Virus record (IMG/VR): IMGVR_UViG_3300045988_006273
Coordinates: 2,503-34,502 of that record
DNA from: a virus
Length of the DNA: 32,000 bases
Strand: one strand, 5' to 3'
Shown: positions 26,281 through 32,000 of the stretch, one piece after another
How the letters are laid out: the number at the start of each line of letters is the position of its first letter
How positions within the stretch are numbered: position 1 is the stretch's first letter
Translations under genes and position numbers: made by a program
Notes under the pieces: generated by a model
Told to the model about the DNA's origin: nothing
What the model saw: the letters and a program-made list of their open reading frames with translations, nothing else
The model's database searches: none

Positions 26281-26503
26281 CTTTAAACTACGCCTACAAA
26301 ACAAAGCTACTCTTGTAGCTCTTATCTCAGCAGTTTTCCTTATGTTGCAACAATTCGGGCTTAATATCCCTAGCAATATTCAAGAGGGTGTAAACACTCT
26401 CGTTGTGATTCTGGTAATTTTGGGAATCGTTACAGACCCAACAACTAAGGGTGTCGCTGACAGCGAGCGTGCATTGAACTACCATCAACCTCGTGAGGAC
26501 TAG
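26273..26503 (+). CDS. Holin, phi LC3-family type
   Basis: I prefer the ATG at 26273 (AAAGGAG SD). MINFKLRLQNKATLVALISAVFLMLQQ and GIVTDPTTKGVADS are hallmark LC3-family holin motifs. Confidence 0.8.
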   Translation: MINFKLRLQNKATLVALISAVFLMLQQFGLNIPSNIQEGVNTLVVILVILGIVTDPTTKGVADSERALNYHQPRED

Positions 26504-26506
26504 CTT

Positions 26507-26959
26507 ATGGCTAAACTCATGACCTCGATTAACCAAATTGAAGGCGGTGATGTCCTCAAAAGTGGGGACACCACTTCCGTTTTTGGTTTTGAAATTCTAG
26601 GGTACGATGGTAAACGCATGGAGCTGTCCGGAACCGGTAAGCTGACACTTTCCAATGACGAAACGGTGGCACTCTATCAAGATGTTACTGTTGAGAATGG
26701 GGTGTTCTCATTCTCAATGGGCAATGTAGTAGCTACTGGCACTTACTATCTTGAAATTAAACTGGATGGACATATTTTTCCATCTAATAATTTTAAGGTA
26801 AAAGTTAAGAGCTCACTAAATGCGGACAGTGCGATCCCATCGGACAAGAGCCCTAAACTAAAACTACTAGCGGACGAATTGCGAGATTCCGGGTTAATTA
26901 CTGGTGGCAGTGAAACTACGGAAGATCTCGTTAATGTCTACAATCTAGCTAAAATTTGA
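26507..26959 (+). CDS. Hypothetical protein with an Ig-like (BppU_N-like) N-domain and a fibre-type C-terminal motif
   Basis: 150 aa with a GAGGA SD. It shows a beta-rich pattern (GTGKLTLSNDE...GTYYLEIKLDG) and ends in EDLVNVYNLAKI. Confidence 0.6.
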   Translation: MAKLMTSINQIEGGDVLKSGDTTSVFGFEILGYDGKRMELSGTGKLTLSNDETVALYQDVTVENGVFSFSMGNVVATGTYYLEIKLDGHIFPSNNFKVKVKSSLNADSAIPSDKSPKLKLLADELRDSGLITGGSETTEDLVNVYNLAKI

Positions 26960-26971
26960 AAGGAAACATAA

Positions 26972-27298
26972 ATGAGTAAATTACATGATTTCGCCCAAGC
27001 TGTGGGTGCTGATATCAAAGAAATCAAGGCATCGATTGCCAGCAAAGCTGACAAGGGTTCGCAAGGTATTACCGAAGAACGTTTGACGCAAGCTATCACA
27101 CAAGTTAAGACTGATATCATCGGTAATGCACCGGAAGAGCTCGACACACTCAAGGAAATCGCTGACAAAATCACTGCTGCTGGTGGAAACACCGACAGCG
27201 GTATCATCTCGAAAATGACTGAATTGGGAACTCGTCTCGATACTATCGAGCAAGAAGACCTTGTGAGTGTTTATAATACTGCTAAAAACACCCTCTAA
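26972..27298 (+). CDS. Small protein with a tail-fibre repeat motif
   Basis: 108 aa. GNAPEELDTLKEIADKI matches the widespread fibre motif GNAPxxLDTLxELAxAL. It ends in EDLVSVYNTAKNTL. Confidence 0.6.
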   Translation: MSKLHDFAQAVGADIKEIKASIASKADKGSQGITEERLTQAITQVKTDIIGNAPEELDTLKEIADKITAAGGNTDSGIISKMTELGTRLDTIEQEDLVSVYNTAKNTL

Positions 27299-27310
27299 GG
27301 AGGTTGATTT

Positions 27311-27583
27311 ATGAGCAATTTAAGCAAGGCCATTGAAGCCATCGGGCATGATATTGGGGAGATTCAAGGCAAACAATCTTCATTCTTGTCTATCAGCCAA
27401 GCGTATGGACTATTTCCAACATATAATAACTTTTTTCTACAGGTTCTAGAACAAAATAAATTTGCGGAAGACCCGCTTGTGACTAAATCTCAATTACCAA
27501 CAAGCGAAATTGACGCTTTAAAACAGAAGGTCGAAGAGTTAGAGAGAACTATCTCGGAAATTAAACAAGCTATTCAAAAATAA
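27311..27583 (+). CDS. Small helical protein, N-terminal paralogue of 26972-27298
   Basis: 90 aa with an AAGGAGG SD. Its N-terminus MSNLSKAIEAIGHDIGEIQGK resembles MSKLHDFAQAVGADIKEIKAS. It has a C-terminal coiled coil. Confidence 0.55.
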   Translation: MSNLSKAIEAIGHDIGEIQGKQSSFLSISQAYGLFPTYNNFFLQVLEQNKFAEDPLVTKSQLPTSEIDALKQKVEELERTISEIKQAIQK

Positions 27584-27600
27584 TTTGAGAAAGGAGAAAC

Positions 27601-28986
27601 ATGACATCAAAAACACAGTTATTAAACACGCTTGAAAGTCTAGTGAATCAACGTGTAACCGTGCCCACTAATCCTTATGGCGGGCAATGTGCAGCTTTGA
27701 TTGACTACGTTTTACAGTATGCAGGTCTATTTAATCTTGATTTCAGCTACATGAATGCGATTGACGGATTAGATCGTGCTGAAAACCTAGGGCTTAAAGT
27801 CACACGTTTTAACGGTGCAAACAATCCACCAGTAGGGAGTGTATGGGTAACTAACTGTCTACCATACCACCAATTCGGACATATCGGTTTTGTGGTCGCA
27901 GAGAATCCAGATGGAACTGTTACCACTATCGAGCAAAATATTGACGGAAATGGTGATGCCTTGTATAACGGCGGGTGGACTCGCAAGGTTACTAGAAATC
28001 TTGATAGTGCTGGTAATTTCAGCTATATTGACTGGAGTGCACCAAGTCAGCAAATGGTTGGATGGTTTGAATTACCATTCGATGGCATGACTGAAAATGC
28101 CTATTTTATCGACGTATCAGCGTATCAACCGGGAGACTTGACTGGTATCTGTCAAGCGTCTGGGACTAATAACACGGTTATTAAAGTTACTGAGGGCGTG
28201 GGCTGGGTTAGCTCAGTAGCTACTCAACAAACTAACACAAGTAATTGTATCGGTTACTATCACTTTGCTCGTTTTGGTGGAGATGTTGCAACGGCGCAAG
28301 CTGAAGCGAATTACTTTATCAGTAACTTGCCATCGCATCCACGCTATTTAGTGTGCGACTATGAAGACGGGGCTAGTGGTGATAAACAAGCGAACACTAA
28401 TGCAGTTCTAGCATTCATGGATATCTGTAAGGCGAATGGCTTTGAGCCTATCTATTACAGTTACAAGCCATATACATTGGCTAACGTGTATGTAGATCAG
28501 ATCACTGCACGCTACCCTAGCAGCTTATGGATTGCAGCGTACCCAGATTACGAGGTACGCCCAGAGCCTTATTGGGGTGTGTATCCAAACATGGAACACA
28601 CACGCTGGTGGCAGTTTACATCGACTGGCCTAGCTGGTGGATTGGATAAGAATGTAGTCATTATCAACGATGGCGACAGTTTAGTAAATAAGAAAGAGGA
28701 AGAAGATATTATGAATTTTGTAGTACGAAGCGAAAGCGGTAAAGAAGGCTGGGTGGCAGTTGTTAACGGGCGTGTATTTGGTATTGGCTCAATGGGTACA
28801 GTGGACGCTCTCGAAGCGACTGGAGCTAAACGTTTGCAATTGGATGATGCAGACTTTGAGCGTTTCCTATACAGTCAATCAAACGACGCCGAAGCGGTTT
28901 CTAAAGCAATCAATGAAGCTAGTGCTTCAGTAGTCAAGGCTATTGAAGAACGTGCACAAGCCACACAAGGCCAAACTGGAAAATAG
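27601..28986 (+). CDS. Endolysin: CHAP + GH25 muramidase + C-terminal wall-binding domain
   Basis: CHAP motifs are PYGGQCAALIDY (Cys) and FGHIGFV (His). GH25 motifs are YFIDVSAYQ, IKVTEGVGW, YHFARF and CDYED. A C-terminal module of about 90 aa follows an acidic linker. Confidence 0.93.
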   Translation: MTSKTQLLNTLESLVNQRVTVPTNPYGGQCAALIDYVLQYAGLFNLDFSYMNAIDGLDRAENLGLKVTRFNGANNPPVGSVWVTNCLPYHQFGHIGFVVAENPDGTVTTIEQNIDGNGDALYNGGWTRKVTRNLDSAGNFSYIDWSAPSQQMVGWFELPFDGMTENAYFIDVSAYQPGDLTGICQASGTNNTVIKVTEGVGWVSSVATQQTNTSNCIGYYHFARFGGDVATAQAEANYFISNLPSHPRYLVCDYEDGASGDKQANTNAVLAFMDICKANGFEPIYYSYKPYTLANVYVDQITARYPSSLWIAAYPDYEVRPEPYWGVYPNMEHTRWWQFTSTGLAGGLDKNVVIINDGDSLVNKKEEEDIMNFVVRSESGKEGWVAVVNGRVFGIGSMGTVDALEATGAKRLQLDDADFERFLYSQSNDAEAVSKAINEASASVVKAIEERAQATQGQTGK

Positions 28987-29066
28987 ACCACGCAAACTAA
29001 AAAACGAAAAGGAGTATATCACCTCCCGACAGACCACAGTTCGGACATCATGGTGGTAGTGGTCGA

Positions 29067-29094
29067 GCCTCAGCATTGTGCTGGGGCTTTTTTT
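29067..29094 (+). terminator. Rho-independent terminator of the late operon
   Basis: GCCTCAGC-ATTGT-GCTGGGGC forms an 8-bp stem followed by T7. Confidence 0.8.
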
Positions 29095-29095
29095 G

Positions 29096-29169
29096 TGTTA
29101 TAATGATATTGGTTTTGAGAATAGCCTTCATAGGTAGACGCCGCCCTTTTATGGGCGGTTTTTTATTTT
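29096..29169 (+). ncRNA. Candidate transcript of about 55 nt between two terminators
   Basis: TGTTATAAT (29096-29104) is a perfect extended -10. A strong terminator follows about 40 nt downstream. No credible ORF is present. Confidence 0.25.
29141..29169 (+). terminator. Rho-independent terminator
   Basis: CCGCCC-TTTTAT-GGGCGG is followed by T6AT4. Confidence 0.8.
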
Positions 29170-29259
29170 GTGCATAGCATTAGACATTTAATCTAAATAA
29201 AGGTACACTATACATGTACTTTAGGCGATTACGCGCTGAATGTTTTTGTTTTTCATGTC

Positions 29260-29291
29260 ACTTGGTAGCGTGGGCTGCCAAGTCTTTTTTT
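29260..29291 (+). terminator. Rho-independent terminator (third in the array)
   Basis: ACTTGGTAGC-GTGG-GCTGCCAAGT forms a 10-bp stem followed by C and T7. Confidence 0.6.
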
Positions 29292-29296
29292 ATGCT

Positions 29297-29324
29297 CAAT
29301 CAAGAATTTTAGTGTCCTTGATTG
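29297..29324. repeat. Perfect 8-bp inverted repeat, attP candidate A
   Basis: CAATCAAG-N12-CTTGATTG lies 23 nt beyond the 3' end of the integrase gene. Neither strand has a U-tract, so it is not a terminator. Confidence 0.3.
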
Positions 29325-29346
29325 AAATAAATGTCACTAAAACTCT

Positions 29347-30783
29347 CTATAATTTCCATAAAATAACGATGGTTTCACTAGTAACTCTAACCTTGCTTAT
29401 CAAGGCGCGTGCTATGGCTTTTTGCTGATCGTAGTCAAGGCTAAATACATCCTTGGTATCAAGTACCCGTTTAATATCTTCCTTTCGTTCTACGGCTTTA
29501 ACAGAGCTGTCAGCGTCTAGCTCTTTTTCAAGAGCTGTTCTTTCTGCCATAAAGTCGCTTGACCGTTTTTGTAATTCCTCTAGTGAAATCCTATCGTCGA
29601 TGTATAGATCATTAAGCCTGCTAATTTTAGCGGTCAGATTATCAATCTGTTTCTGGTAACTATCACGGTCTATTGTCTCTTTTCCAGTGTTTGAAAATAG
29701 CTTGTCGATATAGTCTGAATCAGTTTGCAACTTGCTGATTTCAGTTAGGACGAAGTGCTCTATATCATCCTTGAAATAGAACCCAGAATCACACTTTTCA
29801 TTGTTGTTATATACCGTCACACCCTTGGTTTTTCGAGGGTGTCGCTGCTTACACTCATACTTGACTAAGCGTGTGCCGTCTTTTCGTTTCATGCCCAGCT
29901 TGATGGCAAGAGGGGCTGAACAATAGCCGCATTGAGCTATACCAGAAAGCATGTATTTAGCTTGAAATGGCCTTGGATTGAAACGCTGGGCGGCTGTCCT
30001 TTGTCTCGTTTTAATTTCCTCTTGCGTCTTGTTAAAATCTTCCTCGGAAATGATGGGCTCATGAGTGCCGGGGAAGATCTGGCCCTTGAATTGATTATAT
30101 CCACAATATACCGGATTTGAGAGGATAACCCTAACTGTCCTATAGTTCCACTCTTTATCTTGCCCGTATTGCTCATTTAGAGTGTCTCTGAGCTTGGTTA
30201 TCGACATACCTGATAAATACCATTCGAACATCTTTCGGACGATTAGTGCTTGATATGGATTGATTGAGAGTGTGCCCGTCTCTTTGATGTAATCATAGCC
30301 AAACGAAGTCTTTGCCCACTGCATCGACTTGCCGGACTTTGCTCGCCCTAGCTTGCCTAACTGCATGCGTTCCTTGATTTGTTCTCTTTCGAGTTGGGCA
30401 AACACGCTGAGGAGCCCAATCATAGCCTTACCGAATGGCGTTGAGGTGTCGAAGTTTTCGAGCAAACTGACAAATTCTATATCATTTTCCAGAAATACAT
30501 CTTCAATCAGATAGAGTGTATCTTTCTGACTACGACTTAACCGGTCTAGCTTATACACTAGGACCGTATCAAACAGCTTTCTCTTTGCGTCTCTTATCAA
30601 CTGCTCTAGTGCTGGGCGTTCCGTGTTAGACCCGGAGAAACCGCCGTCTGTGTATATCTCGTAAATATTCCAGTCCTTAATATCGCAGTAGCTTGTCAGC
30701 TTTGCTTTTTGTTCATCGATAGAATAGCCCTCATCAACCTGCGATGTGGTTGATACTCGGACATAGATAGCTACTTTATGCAT
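29347..30783 (-). CDS. int: Large serine recombinase (phage integrase)
   Basis: 478 aa. It has an N-terminal resolvase catalytic domain (VAIYVRVSTTSQ, YKLDRLSRS), a recombinase domain, a zinc-ribbon (CGYCSAP...YECKQRH) and a C-terminal coiled coil. The SD is GAGGT. Confidence 0.95.
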   Translation of the reverse strand: MHKVAIYVRVSTTSQVDEGYSIDEQKAKLTSYCDIKDWNIYEIYTDGGFSGSNTERPALEQLIRDAKRKLFDTVLVYKLDRLSRSQKDTLYLIEDVFLENDIEFVSLLENFDTSTPFGKAMIGLLSVFAQLEREQIKERMQLGKLGRAKSGKSMQWAKTSFGYDYIKETGTLSINPYQALIVRKMFEWYLSGMSITKLRDTLNEQYGQDKEWNYRTVRVILSNPVYCGYNQFKGQIFPGTHEPIISEEDFNKTQEEIKTRQRTAAQRFNPRPFQAKYMLSGIAQCGYCSAPLAIKLGMKRKDGTRLVKYECKQRHPRKTKGVTVYNNNEKCDSGFYFKDDIEHFVLTEISKLQTDSDYIDKLFSNTGKETIDRDSYQKQIDNLTAKISRLNDLYIDDRISLEELQKRSSDFMAERTALEKELDADSSVKAVERKEDIKRVLDTKDVFSLDYDQQKAIARALISKVRVTSETIVILWKL

Positions 30784-30929
30784 TGTGTTTGTACCTCGTT
30801 TTTGATAAAATGGGTACAGAAAAAAGAAAGTATAACCTCAATTCGTTTTTACTGGTTAGACCTTGTTTTTTTCTGTGATGCATAAGCTCTATAATCTAAC
30901 TTTGGCGAGGGAGATTATAGGGCTTTTTT
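30783..30929 (+). ncRNA. Candidate plus-strand structured transcript of about 110 nt, divergent from int
   Basis: The promoter is TTGTGT (30783-30788), a 17-nt spacer and TAAAAT (30806-30811), with a TG extension. An internal 10-bp inverted repeat is ACAGAAAAAA (30816-30825) with TTTTTTCTGT (30867-30876). The terminator is at 30886-30929. Confidence 0.25.
30886..30929 (+). terminator. Plus-strand hairpin with a T6 tract; also attP candidate B
   Basis: GCTCTATAATCT-N14-AGATTATAGGGC has a 9-bp perfect core and a 12-bp stem if U-G pairing is allowed. It is followed by T6. It functions as a terminator only on the plus strand. Confidence 0.45.
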
Positions 30930-30935
30930 ATTGTC

Positions 30936-31364
30936 TTATTTCAGATTTTGGACAGCGTAGTCAGCTTCTTCTTGTGTAAATTTGTCGAAATTTACCAATT
31001 GATCACGTATTGCGTCTGGAGACATAGCCACAGTATCTTGATATTGTTTCGCTTTTTCAACAGCTTGTTTGTTGTAATCAATACCAGAATTCTCTACAGC
31101 ATAGTCAGCGGCCTCTTGAGAGTATTTATCAAAACTTACTAGTTGAGCACGCAATCCCTCTTTAGACATATAAACGGTACTAGCGTACTGCTTAGCTTTG
31201 GTTACAGCTGTTTTGTACTCCTTGGGGACTTTGCTCTCACTTGACTGCTCAGTTTTAGCCTTTGACGTCGAGCTAGTTTGAGAAGACGTGCTTTTGGCTT
31301 GAGAACAAGCAGCAAGGCTTACAATGGAAAGGCTTATTAAGCCGATAGACAATATTTTTTTCAT
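30936..31364 (-). CDS. ltp: Ltp-type superinfection-exclusion lipoprotein
   Basis: 142 aa. It has a signal peptide with the lipobox LAAC (Cys20), a Ser/Thr-rich linker and two tandem repeats (KEYKTAVTKAKQYASTVYMSKEGLRAQLVSFDKYSQEAADYAVEN and YNKQAVEKAKQYQDTVAMSPDAIRDQLVNFDKFTQEEADYAVQN), as in TP-J34 Ltp. It lies between int and the repressor module. Confidence 0.9.
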   Translation of the reverse strand: MKKILSIGLISLSIVSLAACSQAKSTSSQTSSTSKAKTEQSSESKVPKEYKTAVTKAKQYASTVYMSKEGLRAQLVSFDKYSQEAADYAVENSGIDYNKQAVEKAKQYQDTVAMSPDAIRDQLVNFDKFTQEEADYAVQNLK

Positions 31365-31412
31365 AAAATTTCCTCCCAGCTTTTAATGTGGTTCAGTGAT
31401 TGCACATATTTT

Positions 31413-31781
31413 TTAAATTTCCTTTAGTTTTAAATATTCATTTTTTACAAACGTCTCATCACAAATCGTGGTGAGATTATATTTTTCCATGAAGTGTAAG
31501 TAATTGAAATCGTCCAGATTTTCATTTTTCAACAATTCATGAATCATAGTCCTATTTGCTTGAGCTTCAAACTTCTCCCGTAGACGCTCATAGTGTTTAG
31601 GATCGTGCTCTAAGTGCCCTAACTCATGCAGTAGGACCTTTAAACGTATTTCGATGGGTAAATCCCTATTGATGTAAATCACACGGTTAACAGGGTCTAG
31701 GAACCCATCTCGTGGCCATTGGCTAGAGTCGAACTCACAAAGAGACACGTCGAACTGCTCAAGCAATTCACTTTCAGTCAT
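31413..31781 (-). CDS. ImmA/IrrE-family metalloprotease
   Basis: 122 aa with the HELGHLEHD zinc-binding motif. It lies directly downstream of an XRE repressor gene. Confidence 0.9.
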   Translation of the reverse strand: MTESELLEQFDVSLCEFDSSQWPRDGFLDPVNRVIYINRDLPIEIRLKVLLHELGHLEHDPKHYERLREKFEAQANRTMIHELLKNENLDDFNYLHFMEKYNLTTICDETFVKNEYLKLKEI

Positions 31782-31787
31782 AGCACC

Positions 31788-32000
31788 TCATTCCTTGCTA
31801 CTCATATAGCCGGCAATGATGCCACGAATGGCACGCTTGTCATCCTCGGTAAGTGGTTTACCGTCGAACATCATTGCATTAGCTATGATTTCATCAATAT
31901 CGTGGGCGTTGGTTGGTTGTTCCTCGGTGGTTTCTGGGCCATCTCCAAAAAGAATGTAATCTGTCGAAGTCCCCAAGGCTTGAGCTAATTTTACAATCTT
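31788..32000 (-). CDS. XRE-family (cI-like) repressor, 3' part only (runs off the window)
   Basis: The frame is open to the window edge. It reads KIVKLAQALGTSTDYILFG, the end of an HTH_XRE domain, followed by a C-terminal tail. Confidence 0.8.
   Translation of the reverse strand, partial: KIVKLAQALGTSTDYILFGDGPETTEEQPTNAHDIDEIIANAMMFDGKPLTEDDKRAIRGIIAGYMSSKE

Larger units (their letters stand above)
1..32000. mobile_element. Temperate siphophage genome segment in circularly permuted (attP-containing) order
   Basis: There is a continuous phage gene order. The lysis cassette is followed directly by the integrase and repressor module of what appears to be the same phage, and no host genes are visible. 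Confidence 0.9.

Noticed and set aside
29051-29256. Micro-ORFs in the post-lysin region: a 17-aa MVVVVEPQHCAGAFFVL, a 24-aa ORF from 29103, and an 11-aa minus-strand MKNKNIQRVIA
   Set aside because: None has a usable SD. They overlap terminator stems or the candidate -10. ORFs of this size are expected by chance.
28987-29346. Expectation of toxin, virulence or paratox-type cargo downstream of the lysin, as in many streptococcal prophages
   Set aside because: The 360-bp gap holds only terminators and inverted repeats. No ORF could encode such a protein.
30810-30878. 22-aa plus-strand ORF MGTEKRKYNLNSFLLVRPCFFL, superficially like a short hydrophobic signalling peptide
   Set aside because: It has no SD. 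Its ATG overlaps the candidate -10, so it would not be on the predicted transcript. The window has no Rgg/RRNPP-type receptor gene.
1-32000. CRISPR arrays, complete tRNA, tmRNA or rRNA genes, IS elements, reverse transcriptase (DGR or retron), toxin-antitoxin pairs, and restriction or Abi-type defence genes
   Set aside because: I saw no regularly spaced direct repeats, no cloverleaf-complete tRNA, and no ORF with transposase, RT, nuclease-defence or TA hallmarks. Every sizeable ORF is accounted for by standard phage modules.

Overview
The window is almost entirely a temperate Streptococcus-type siphophage genome. Its gene order is circularly permuted, so it carries the attP junction rather than host flanks.

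Gene order, left to right:
- A plus-strand recombination and early module: ERF annealase, a DUF1351-like protein, SSB, RusA, small ORFs, a MazG-like protein, an orphan C5 cytosine methyltransferase, YopX, and a protein with an internal duplication.
- A non-coding region of about 370 bp (6526-6893).
- An ArpU-family late regulator and a putative late promoter and leader.
- pac-type packaging and head genes: TerS, PBSX-type TerL, SPP1-type portal, gp7/MuF-like protein, scaffold and capsid.
- Connector and tail genes: major tail protein, a chaperone pair, a 1003-aa tape measure, Dit, and a 1683-aa Tal/fibre.
- A lysis cassette: two holins, three small fibre-like genes, and a CHAP+GH25 endolysin.
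- A terminator-rich intergenic region.
- A minus-strand lysogeny module: large serine integrase, Ltp-type superinfection-exclusion lipoprotein, ImmA/IrrE protease, and the 3' part of an XRE repressor.

I found no rRNA, canonical tRNA, CRISPR array, transposase, toxin cargo or recognisable multi-gene defence island.

The observations most worth a second look:
1. The methyltransferase has four tandem TRD-like PT(L/I) modules. It also has a stretch whose +1 frame encodes a conserved MTase-like motif.
2. A small gene is split by a T6 run.
3. A tRNA-like acceptor/T-arm minihelix lies at the early/late boundary.
4. Three compact orphan promoter-plus-terminator units lie in the only non-coding regions, next to arpU, attP and int.
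5. Perfect ACT/ACA trinucleotide tracts encode poly-Thr inside the fibre.
6. Three fibre-like genes are embedded in the lysis cassette.

All family assignments come from motif recognition by eye, not from searches.
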